Shown: positions 1-7,675, numbered from the stretch's first letter. The stretch is DNA of 64,000 nt from Trueperaceae bacterium (GCA_965214405.1 OZ243956.1:256001-320000), one strand, 5' to 3'. Program-made: numbers and translations. The notes: generated from the letters alone by a model not told the origin.

Positions 1-94
1 CGAGGTGAGCGTAGAAGACGCCAAACGCGCTCAAAGCGCCGCTCTAACACTGCGGACGTTCGCAAGGTCGAAGGGGTTGCCGAATGAAGTTTAG
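1..94 (+). CDS. 3' end of probable HEPN-domain protein (partial)
   Basis: Frame 2 reads EVSVEDAKRAQSAALTLRTFARSKGLPNEV*, resembling the C-terminal helix of HEPN proteins; TA-island context. Confidence 0.45.
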   Translation, partial: EVSVEDAKRAQSAALTLRTFARSKGLPNEV

Positions 95-226
95 GCACCC
101 AGAGCCCCCACCCTCGAGCCTTGACCTAAAACCCCCACACCCAAAGCCCCTCGAGCCTATGCACTACCAAACGACTTTGGTAAGGCTTGAGCCTGATAAA
201 GCGTCAGGTGGGTTTGGGGAGGGGCT

Positions 227-637
227 TTACGCCCCATTCTCACCCAAGTCTCGAGGAACGCTACGCCGCTTGTCGGTGCGGTCAAAGTCCCGGTCAAAAC
301 TGACCAGCGTCAGATTATACTTTTCCGCAACACCATACTGATACGCGTCGTCAAAATCCAGCTCGAACTTCTCTGCCGTCTCCGTTACGCGCGTTAGGTC
401 ACCGTGCTCGAGGCCAAGAACAGGAAGACCGCTGGCCAATAAATCCTCTACCACCACCTGAGTGAAAACGGCGTGACGGTTCTTCTGAAACAGAATAATA
501 CCCAACGAGTGAAGTGAAAAGTCAGAAATAGCGAGCCGTCCTACGGGCGTTCGGGCTAAAAATGCTTCAACTTCGCCCGCTCGCTCCTGGTCGAGTAGAA
601 GCTCTAAAAAGAGATTGGTGTCAACTAAGTACGTCAA
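227..637 (-). CDS. PIN-domain (VapC-family) toxin
   Basis: YLVDTN...DFDDAYQ...SFDRDFD PIN motifs; TTG start overlaps the antitoxin TGA. Confidence 0.9.
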   Translation of the reverse strand: MTYLVDTNLFLELLLDQERAGEVEAFLARTPVGRLAISDFSLHSLGIILFQKNRHAVFTQVVVEDLLASGLPVLGLEHGDLTRVTETAEKFELDFDDAYQYGVAEKYNLTLVSFDRDFDRTDKRRSVPRDLGENGA

Positions 638-858
638 CCCCCACGCCACCTTAGGGCTTCATGCTGCAAACCGACAGCGTCGAACTCATCTTTCATGTCG
701 CTTAAAGCCCCCCGCCAACCGAGCTTCAAATATCCTTTTTGGTCTTGATGCTGGCCTCGAGGCTGCACCCGCTTTTCCAGCAGAAACTCAACGAAGTCCG
801 CGACTTCTTTTTTCAAGTCTGGAGGCAAACGGCTGATGTTGTGCTCGAGGCTATCCAT
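634..858 (-). CDS. DUF2281-family antitoxin
   Basis: LPPDLKKEVADFVEFL motif; upstream of PIN; TATACT directly before ATG (leaderless). Confidence 0.8.
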   Translation of the reverse strand: MDSLEHNISRLPPDLKKEVADFVEFLLEKRVQPRGQHQDQKGYLKLGWRGALSDMKDEFDAVGLQHEALRWRGG

Positions 859-1147
859 AACCAAGTATACAACACCCAAAAACGCATCTTACGCGGCTCT
901 ACTTAACCTCGTAAAGTCAGACGACTCGAGCCCTCACACCGTCAAACCTTGCTAAAGCCCGTAAAGCCCCCACACCGTCAAAGGGTGGTAAAGGACCCTA
1001 AGCCCCCACCCTTGAGCTTATGCACCATCAAACGACTTTAGTAAAGTTCTAAGCCCCACACTCCCCAAGACCAGACACCAGCCGATGTGGGAAAGGCTCG
1101 CGCCCTCACACGCTCGCAAAAAGCTTTATAATGTGCCAGAGGTTCGC

Positions 1148-1396
1148 ATGATTACCGACTATATCCAAGCCGCATTACGCCAAGCTCACTACGAAATCAT
1201 TGAGGACGATGAACCTTTCTACAGTGAAGTTCCGGGGTTGCAAGGCGTGTGGGCCACAGGTGAAACTTTGGAGGCTTGCCGCGACAATTTGGCTAGCACG
1301 GTCGAGGGCTGGCTCATCGTCAGGCTTTCGCGCAACTTGCCTATCCCACCGTTGGGCGGCGTGACGGTAAGCGTACCCGCAATGGACGTTGCCTAA
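1148..1396 (+). CDS. hicB: HicB-family antitoxin
   Basis: EVPGLQGVWATGETLEAC HicB signature; overlaps hicA. Confidence 0.88.
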   Translation: MITDYIQAALRQAHYEIIEDDEPFYSEVPGLQGVWATGETLEACRDNLASTVEGWLIVRLSRNLPIPPLGGVTVSVPAMDVA

Positions 1397-1607
1397 ACTT
1401 ACACCCCTTTCGTGGCGGGATTTTGTCGGGCGCTTACGGGCGCTCGGTTTTGAGGGACCTTTTGAGGGCGGTAAGCACCCGTACATGGTGCGCGGCGAGG
1501 TCGTCTTGACCATCCCCAACCCGCACCGTAAAGATATAGGTGTGCCTCTCCTCTCGAGGCTATTGCGTCAGGCAGGAGTAAGTCGTGAGGAGTGGGTAGG
1601 AGAATAG
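1389..1607 (+). CDS. hicA: HicA-family toxin
   Basis: LGF..GGKHPYM...TIPNPHRKDIG. Confidence 0.88.
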   Translation: MPKLTPLSWRDFVGRLRALGFEGPFEGGKHPYMVRGEVVLTIPNPHRKDIGVPLLSRLLRQAGVSREEWVGE

Positions 1608-1771
1608 GAACTCGAGCCCCCCACCCCCTCGAGCCTCACGCCATCAAACTTTATTAAAGCCCTCGAGCCCTGACCCAAGAACCCTCGAGCTTATGCACCA
1701 CCAAACGATTTTGGTAAAGCCCTAAGCCTGATAAAGCGTCAGGCGGTTTTGGGAAGGGGCTTTACGCATCC

Positions 1772-1993
1772 CTACAGGTTCAACCACTCATCACGACTAA
1801 CACCAACCTGCCTGATAATCTCGCGGATGAGCCCAACGCCAATCTCTTTGCTATGAATGGGTATGGGCACAATTTGCCCCGTTTTGAGGTTCACCATGCG
1901 CGAGTGACGCCCGCCCGGAAAAGGTCCCTCGAAGCCTAGTTTACGCAGCTTTTCAACCACCTCTCTACTGTTGAGAGGTGTGAGCTTAGGCAA
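1772..1993 (-). CDS. hicA: HicA-family toxin
   Basis: LGF..GGRHSRM...PIPIHSKEIG. Confidence 0.88.
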   Translation of the reverse strand: MPKLTPLNSREVVEKLRKLGFEGPFPGGRHSRMVNLKTGQIVPIPIHSKEIGVGLIREIIRQVGVSRDEWLNL

Positions 1994-2243
1994 CGTTCTG
2001 CTCGAGCACGTCTATACCGGAAAGTTTGGGGATGTTAAGCCCAAGTTGGAGCGCCAAGAGCACGTTGCCCTCGACCACGTCCGCGAGTTCCGTTCTGGCC
2101 TCCTCGACGCTCTCGCCCTGCGCGTAGAACCCGTCCGCGCCCGGCACCCGCGCCACCACCACACCGTTCTCGTCGCGCCCATACTCCGCAAGCTCGAGCG
2201 CTCTATTTACATACTGCCGCAAAGAGAACTGTTTAACCTTCAT
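1986..2243 (-). CDS. hicB: HicB-family antitoxin
   Basis: VARVPGADGFYAQGESVEEA; leaderless TGCTAAACT upstream. Confidence 0.88.
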   Translation of the reverse strand: MKVKQFSLRQYVNRALELAEYGRDENGVVVARVPGADGFYAQGESVEEARTELADVVEGNVLLALQLGLNIPKLSGIDVLEQNVA

Positions 2244-2390
2244 GGACGTAAGTTTAGCATGTTAGAACTCGAGCCCTCTCAAATCCCACCCGCGAGCCCC
2301 AAACATAATTCTTTGGTTATCTGCTCGAGCCCCACGCCATCAAACCTTGCTAAAGCCCTCGAGCCCCCGCCGCAAGCCTCACACCCTCAG

Positions 2391-2663
2391 CTAGCCGTAA
2401 GCACTTCCTCTCGGCAACATTTGCCGCACACGCACCAAACGCGCTTCTCTATCAACCTCATAGATAATCCTGTAAGACCCCACCCGCACGCGAAAAAGCC
2501 CCTTTAACTCCCCGCGCAACCCTTTAATGTCGAGAAGCGGGTGAAAGGGGTCGTCTTCGAGCTTGGTGAGCGCGTCCAAAAGGGACGTTTGTGTGGCCTC
2601 CGGAAACTGCCGCAGGGATTTACGCGCCCGGCCCGAGATTTCGACCCGGTAGCTCTTGCTCAC
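2391..2663 (-). CDS. RelE/ParE-family toxin
   Basis: YRVEISGRARKSL...FRVRVGSYRIIYEVD. Confidence 0.9.
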   Translation of the reverse strand: MSKSYRVEISGRARKSLRQFPEATQTSLLDALTKLEDDPFHPLLDIKGLRGELKGLFRVRVGSYRIIYEVDREARLVRVRQMLPRGSAYG

Positions 2664-2908
2664 CCCGCCCGTTCGCTTCTCAACGCGTCGAGGGAGACGT
2701 AGCCATCCCCTTCGGCGTCTTTGATGTCGCGCACCTCCTCGTCGCTATAACGCTCATCATCGAGCAAAAACCCTTCTTGCAACAAAAACCGCCTGAGCGC
2801 CGCCTCTAAGACTGCGCTTTTGGACACACGCACATCTTGCGCCTTAAGATAATCCTCGAGCGCCTGACGCACCTCTGGGTCGGGCCGGGTAGAAATGGGA
2901 GTAGCCAT
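2660..2908 (-). CDS. RHH-type antitoxin
   Basis: Small protein with acidic tail, 4-nt overlap with RelE; leaderless TACACT-N6-ATG. Confidence 0.75.
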   Translation of the reverse strand: MATPISTRPDPEVRQALEDYLKAQDVRVSKSAVLEAALRRFLLQEGFLLDDERYSDEEVRDIKDAEGDGYVSLDALRSERAG

Positions 2909-3063
2909 AAGGGAAGTGTAGCATTTGTTTACAAACGTGGCTCGAGCCCCCACCGTCAAGCGATGCTAAAGGACTCGAGCCCCCACCCCACCAAACTTTG
3001 CTGAAGGACCCTAAGCCCCCCCACCCCCTAAGCGCGTTTGGCAGCGCGTAGTATGATTGGCGC

Positions 3064-3357
3064 ATGATTTACGAGCCTCGCCAAGTCCGGTCCAAACTGC
3101 GAGAACACCGCCAGGCGTTGCGCGAGTTCGGCGTCCTCCGCTTGTCGCTCTTTGGTTCGGCGGTTCGTAACGAGGCGGGCGAGGCGAGCGACCTTGACTT
3201 CTTGGTGGAACTGACGCCCAAAACGTTTCGTAACTACATGGGCCTCAAGCTGTTCCTAGAAGACTTGTTCGGCCTTCCCGTTGACCTGGTGACGCGTGAG
3301 GGACTCAAGCCCTCTCTGAGCGAGCGGGTGCTGGGCGAGGCAGAGCGTGTCGCGTGA
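3064..3357 (+). CDS. Minimal nucleotidyltransferase (MNT) antitoxin
   Basis: FGSAVR...SDLDFLV motif; leaderless TATGAT-N6-ATG. Confidence 0.9.
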   Translation: MIYEPRQVRSKLREHRQALREFGVLRLSLFGSAVRNEAGEASDLDFLVELTPKTFRNYMGLKLFLEDLFGLPVDLVTREGLKPSLSERVLGEAERVA

Positions 3358-3688
3358 TGTCCGTCTCTTTTTGAACGACATCCTCGAGGCCGTCCAAAAG
3401 ATTGAGGGCTACAAAGAGGAGTCATTAGAAACGCTTTTGCAGACCCCTATGAGAGCCGACGCCATCACGCTAAATTTACTCATCATCGGCGAGGCCGCCG
3501 GGAAAATTCCCGAACCCGCTCGAGCTTCGCACCCAGAAGTACCCTGGCGGCAGATAGTAGGCTTACGCAACGTGATTGCGCATCAGTATTTTCATCTTGA
3601 TTTAGAAATCATTTGGGACGTAATCGAGAACGAATTGACCACCCTCAAAAGAGCAGTCACCGACATGCTTGACAACCTCGAGCCCTGA
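3347..3688 (+). CDS. HEPN/DUF86 (HepT-like) toxin
   Basis: IIGEAA...GLRNVIAHQY Rx4H motif; overlaps MNT. Confidence 0.9.
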   Translation: MSRDVRLFLNDILEAVQKIEGYKEESLETLLQTPMRADAITLNLLIIGEAAGKIPEPARASHPEVPWRQIVGLRNVIAHQYFHLDLEIIWDVIENELTTLKRAVTDMLDNLEP

Positions 3689-4024
3689 CCTAAAAGCCCC
3701 ACCCCCAAACACCCTCGAGCCCCCACCAAACCCTGTCAAACCCCTCGAGCGCGTGCGCCCTCAAGCGACTTTGGTAAAACCCTCGAGCCCCACACCATCA
3801 AATGACGGTAAAGGACTCGAGCCCCACGGCGTCAAACGCCTTTGGTAAAAGAATCGAGCCCCCCACCCCCTAAGCACGTGCGCCGTCAAAGGGTGGTAAG
3901 AAGCCTTACGCTCCCACCTCCTAAGCATGTGCGCCGTCAAAGGGTGATAAGAAGCCCTAAGCCTCTACCCCCAAGCACGGTGCAAAAACGTTATACTTTC
4001 CTATAACGGTTAAAGGAGGACGCT

Positions 4025-4282
4025 ATGGCTTTGACGCTCAACATACCCGACGAAGTGTTGGAAACCATCAAAATCCCCAAGCGCCAAGTTGAACGCGAAC
4101 TGACTAAAGAAGTCGCCTTTGCGCTTTACGAGCGGCAACTCATCTCGATGGGCACAGCCAGAAAATTTGCAGACATGAGCAAGTGGGCGTTCATAGAGGG
4201 GTTAGCGGAACGCGGCATCCCGAGACACTACGAGGAGCGAGAGCTAGAGGAAGACGCCGCTTATGCCAGAGGTCATCAGTAA
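4025..4282 (+). CDS. UPF0175-family antitoxin
   Basis: ISMGTARKFADMSKWAFIEGL motif; AGGAGG SD. Confidence 0.8.
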   Translation: MALTLNIPDEVLETIKIPKRQVERELTKEVAFALYERQLISMGTARKFADMSKWAFIEGLAERGIPRHYEERELEEDAAYARGHQ

Positions 4283-4751
4283 CAGCTCACCCATTATTCA
4301 CTTAGCGAAGATTGGCAGGCTCGAGCTTCTCGAGTCTTTTTTCGGCGTGGTCACCATCCCGAGCGCGGTTTACGACGAATGCGTAACCCAAGGCGGGGGA
4401 CGTGAAGAGGTAAAAGATATTGAGAACGCATCGTGGCTCAGGGTTGAAAAAGCAAGTGACCAAAATCTCGTGACCTTGCTGCGTTCAGAACTCGACAGGG
4501 GCGAAGCGGAAGCCATCGCCCTCGCGCTGGAGCGTAACGCCGCCCTTATACTTTTGGACGACGCCGAAGGAAGGGAAAAGGCCCGGCTCTACGACCTGCC
4601 GATAACCGGCACCGTCGGCCTTTTGCTCAGGGCCAAACGAGAGGGTCTGTTAGGGTCGTTTGGTGACACACTTCTGAAGTTGCGCCAGAGCGGTTTTTGG
4701 ATGAGTGACGCGCTTGCCGAGAGACTAAGAAACGAAGTCGAAGCACTCTGA
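4263..4751 (+). CDS. DUF3368 PIN-like toxin
   Basis: VISNSSPII...LDRGEAEAIALA...LLDD...GTVGLL. Confidence 0.85.
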   Translation: MPEVISNSSPIIHLAKIGRLELLESFFGVVTIPSAVYDECVTQGGGREEVKDIENASWLRVEKASDQNLVTLLRSELDRGEAEAIALALERNAALILLDDAEGREKARLYDLPITGTVGLLLRAKREGLLGSFGDTLLKLRQSGFWMSDALAERLRNEVEAL

Positions 4752-5086
4752 GGATGGTCAGGAGAGTTACCGTTATATCTACATGAGTGACTCGAGCCCC
4801 ACCCTCGAGCCCCAAACGCACACGGTTTGGTAAAAGCCTCGAGCCCCACACCGTCAAATAATGTAAAGGACTCGAGCCTATCCTCGAGCGTTACGGCGTC
4901 AAACGCCTTTGGTAAAAGACTCGAGCCCCCACACCACCAAACTTTGCTAAAGGACTCGAGCCCCCACCCTCGAGCGTTACGGCGTCAAACGCCTTTGGTA
5001 AAAGACTCGAGCCTGATAGAGCGTTAGGTGGTTTTGGGGAGGGGCTCGAGGAGCTTACATTATATTAAAATATAATTTGTATGAAT

Positions 5087-5122
5087 AAAAAACAAGCCGC
5101 TTGGAAAAATCCAAGCGGCTTG
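5087..5122 (-). terminator. Intrinsic terminator after pilin
   Basis: Perfect 13-bp stem CAAGCCGCTTGGA/TCCAAGCGGCTTG followed by a T-tract on the minus strand. Confidence 0.85.
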
Positions 5123-5155
5123 AGTATAATCTGACTGGTAAGTTGTAGCTTATCC

Positions 5156-5569
5156 TTAACCGCCAGCAGCAGCCCCGACAGCGGTGATAGCAGTGGCACC
5201 TTCAACAATTCTGTAGCCATCATAGGAGAAGAACGTGCCGGTGCCTTTGGTTTGGGCATTGATGATGTACTGATCAGCGGCAGCGAAGTAAGTAACTACA
5301 GCGCTGTCAGCAACGGTGCCAGCGGGCTCTGCATTACCAGTTAATGCAACGCAGCTAGTTTCTGTAGGCAAAGCTTGCGATACGGTGTTGCGGTTGGTCT
5401 CAACAGCGGTAATACAGTTACGGACGTAAGCCTGCGTTGCGCTTTCGTTCGCACGGTTACGGGCCGAGAGGAGGTTCGGAATAAGAACCGCCGCGAGGAT
5501 GCCGATGATTGCGATGACAATCAGCAGCTCGATGAGGGTGAAGCCTTTGTTGCTTTTGTTGTTGCGCAT
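5156..5569 (-). CDS. Type IV (probably major) pilin
   Basis: MRNNKSNKG|FTLIELLIVIAIIGILAAVLIP class III signal peptide; two Cys. Confidence 0.92.
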   Translation of the reverse strand: MRNNKSNKGFTLIELLIVIAIIGILAAVLIPNLLSARNRANESATQAYVRNCITAVETNRNTVSQALPTETSCVALTGNAEPAGTVADSAVVTYFAAADQYIINAQTKGTGTFFSYDGYRIVEGATAITAVGAAAGG

Positions 5570-5890
5570 GATGCGCTCCGTTCTTGAGCACCCAGAAGAG
5601 ATATGGGATAATACGGGGTGCTCGGATGAGTTCGACTTGGGGTTTGCGCTTGGCAGTCCCTTTCGTCTAAAGATGATTATGGACCCTGGCGGGGCAACGC
5701 GCTGTTGAAAAGCGCACGGGCTGGTGGGGGTATTTTTCACATCAGGGACGGTGTTTAAGCGTCACGGGGGGATTCATGAAATTTTCAGGGAGGTAGGGAG
5801 TAGAGAGGTGGGGAGAAAAGCCTAAACCTCCCTATCGCCCCCGCACCCTACCTCCTCAGCCTTTTGTTAAGAAGCGCGTATAATCGGGTC

Positions 5891-6208
5891 ATGACTCGAG
5901 ACGCACATCTGTTGGAGCGCGTGACCGCGCAACCGAGTTTGATGGTTGGCAAGCCGACGTTTTAGCGGTTTCCGTTTATACTGGGTCCATCAGCGCAGGC
6001 ATCATCTCTCGAGCTACGTCCTACACAGCATACATGAACTGAGTTCGTCTCAAACCAGATGATACCTGCTACACGGGGCTTACGCATCACCGTGGCGCAG
6101 GTTCTCATGGCCCTGGCGCACGGGGTGAGCGAGGACGCGCTTTTGGCGGATCTTCCGGAACTTGAACGCGATGACATCCGGGCGGCGCTGCTTTGGGCTG
6201 GGTTGTAG
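5891..6208 (+). pseudogene. DUF433-family antitoxin interrupted by a ~111-bp insertion
   Basis: MTRDAHLLERVTAQPSLMVGKPT | insertion containing TAG | RGLRITVAQVL...DDIRAAL resumes in the same frame. Confidence 0.8.
5961..6073 (+). mobile_element. ~110-bp MITE-like element, copy 1
   Basis: Ends TTTAGCGGT...ACCTGCTACA; similar to three other copies; interrupts DUF433. Confidence 0.7.
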
Positions 6209-6221
6209 GAGGGTCGTGGTG

Positions 6222-6294
6222 AAATCCCCCCTGGCCCCCCTTGTTAAGGGGGGAACAAAAAAGTCCCCCTTAATAAGGGGGATTTAGGGGGATC
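6222..6294. repeat. REP-like double-hairpin element
   Basis: ATCCCCC outer stem enclosing CCCCCCTTGTTAAGGGGGG and TCCCCCTTAATAAGGGGGA hairpins. Confidence 0.7.
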
Positions 6295-6327
6295 AGCTTT
6301 TCAGCGGCAAACCTTTTCAGCCGCGCA

Positions 6328-6591
6328 TTACCCGCCCAACCGCGCCTCGACCTCCGCCAGCGATACCGTCTCTCCCTTTTTGGCTTGTGTGACGCTCTCC
6401 CGGAGCTTGGCGGCAAAGGCTGCGTCTGAAAGGATGTCTACGGTTTCCAAAAGGCTCTCGAAAGCCTCAAAACTCATCGCCGCCATCACCGGCTCTCCGC
6501 GCTTGGTGATGATAATGCTGTCCTCTTCAAGTTCATCGGGTAAATCTAAAAAGCTTTTTCTCGCTTCTGTGATGTTTAAGAATTTGGGCAT
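6328..6591 (-). CDS. Phd/YefM-family antitoxin (orphan)
   Basis: NITEARKSF...[25 protein letters not shown]. Confidence 0.85.
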   Translation of the reverse strand: MPKFLNITEARKSFLDLPDELEEDSIIITKRGEPVMAAMSFEAFESLLETVDILSDAAFAAKLRESVTQAKKGETVSLAEVEARLGG

Positions 6592-6668
6592 GGTTTAGTG
6601 TGAACGAAACCGTTATAAAGCCCAAACAAGGCTACAATGGGGGCCACAAAGGCGTGCGAGGAGGCGTT

Positions 6669-6938
6669 ATGAAGCGCGTGGGTGTGCGTGAATTCAAGGA
6701 CAAAGCAACCGCCCTTATAGACGAGGAAAAGGGGTTGGTGATTGAAAAGCACGGCAAGCCCGTGGGCTTTTACATCCCGATTCCCCAAAAAGACAAGGCG
6801 AAAGCGGAAGAGGCGGTGAGGAGGCTCGAGGGGACGATCGAGCGTATTTTGGAGCGTACGGGTATGACCCGTGAAGAGTTGGTTGAATTCTTTACTGAGG
6901 ACTGGGAGGAAAGCGTACGCAGTGCGCCTCGTGATTGA
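6669..6938 (+). CDS. Phd-like antitoxin
   Basis: MKRVGVREFKD...VIEKHGKPVG; GGAGG SD. Confidence 0.8.
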   Translation: MKRVGVREFKDKATALIDEEKGLVIEKHGKPVGFYIPIPQKDKAKAEEAVRRLEGTIERILERTGMTREELVEFFTEDWEESVRSAPRD

Positions 6939-7353
6939 CGCGAGCACGTTGGTTGGTGAGTTGCTGCGTGAACGCGGCAAGGCGCTCATCCGCAACCCTA
7001 AGCTCGAGCTGTTTATCGCAGAGCCCACCTGGAGCGAGATGCGCCACGAACTCCTCCGGCGTCAGCAGCTTTTAGTACGGCGTGGTAGTGTCTCGCCGGA
7101 ACTTGCAGCCGCTCTCATTCAAGAGGGCTTCAAGGTGGCTGAAGATGCGCTCTCGGTCATACCCGGTGCGTGGCTGGAGCCATTTCGAACGGAGGCGCTT
7201 GGACGCATCCCGCAAGACCCCGACGACTGGCCGAGCGTCGCGCTCGCTCTTGCGCTCGAGGCGGGCATCTGGACTGAGGATCGCGATTTCTTCGGCTCCG
7301 GCCTCGCCACCTGGCGCACACCTGTTTTGCAGGTCGTCTTAGAGGCTCAGTAA
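6922..7353 (+). CDS. PIN-domain toxin
   Basis: RLVIDAS...DPDDWP...IWTEDRDF. Confidence 0.85.
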   Translation: MRLVIDASTLVGELLRERGKALIRNPKLELFIAEPTWSEMRHELLRRQQLLVRRGSVSPELAAALIQEGFKVAEDALSVIPGAWLEPFRTEALGRIPQDPDDWPSVALALALEAGIWTEDRDFFGSGLATWRTPVLQVVLEAQ

Positions 7354-7398
7354 GCTGAGGGGGAGATTCTGGGGCGCATCCCCGAGTCTCAAGAAACC

Positions 7399-7427
7399 TT
7401 TACGTCCTCCCCGAACTTTGTTACACT
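7399..7427 (+). promoter_or_regulatory. Sigma70-type promoter of ffs
   Basis: TTTACG-17-TACACT with TG extension. Confidence 0.6.
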
Positions 7428-7434
7428 CCTCTAA

Positions 7435-7534
7435 GCCCCGTCGGCTCAGCGCGGTGGCGACCCTCGAATCTGGTCAGGTCGAAAGAAGCAGCCATAAGGG
7501 GTGATCGTCAGGTGCCGCTGATTACCGGCGGGGT
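7435..7534 (+). ncRNA. ffs: Signal recognition particle 4.5S RNA
   Basis: GGTCAGGTCGAAAGAAGCAGCC domain IV core; 5' GCCCCGTCGG pairs with 3' CCGGCGGGGT; T-tract follows. Confidence 0.9.
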
Positions 7535-7675
7535 TTTTTGCTGGAAATCAGTTACAAAACGTCAGTTACAACTTGATGGGTTGGTATACGCCCTGATTTG
7601 CGCTTCCGTTACCCAGCGGGCGCCAAAGCGTTTCGCCTAAAAGCAAAGGTTTTTTATCCCGCGCTATAGAAACGC

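Larger units (their letters stand above)
95..5046 (+). repeat. Degenerate CTCGAG-anchored repeat family filling the spacers between TA modules
   Basis: Units like CTCGAGCCCCACACCRTCAAA-N-TGGTAAAGGA (~33-37 bp) and short CTCGAGCCCCCACC units at ~95-226, 924-1060, 1610-1767, 2267-2390, 2941-3040, 3678-3980, 4790-5046, all in the same orientation. Confidence 0.9.

Noticed and set aside
84..5027. ORFs 84-341, 1971-2507, 2844-3065, 4827-5027 translated from repeats
   Set aside because: Pro/Ser-rich products of non-coding repeats or antisense to real TA genes.
95..5046. CRISPR array interpretation of the spacer repeats
   Set aside because: Repeats are degenerate and abut each other without unique constant-length spacers; no cas genes in the window.
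95..5046. Canonical integron attC sites
   Set aside because: Only isolated GTTAGGT/GTCAGGY matches; no RYYYAAC...GTTRRRY long imperfect hairpin per cassette and no intI seen.
5570..5740. N-terminal extension of the pilin ORF; c-di-GMP riboswitch in the leader
   Set aside because: The prepilin signal and SD define the ATG at 5569; the leader lacks recognisable riboswitch consensus motifs.
7567..7668. Additional MITE copy (also partial similarity near 29915-29990)
   Set aside because: Only terminal or short matches; too weak to call by eye.
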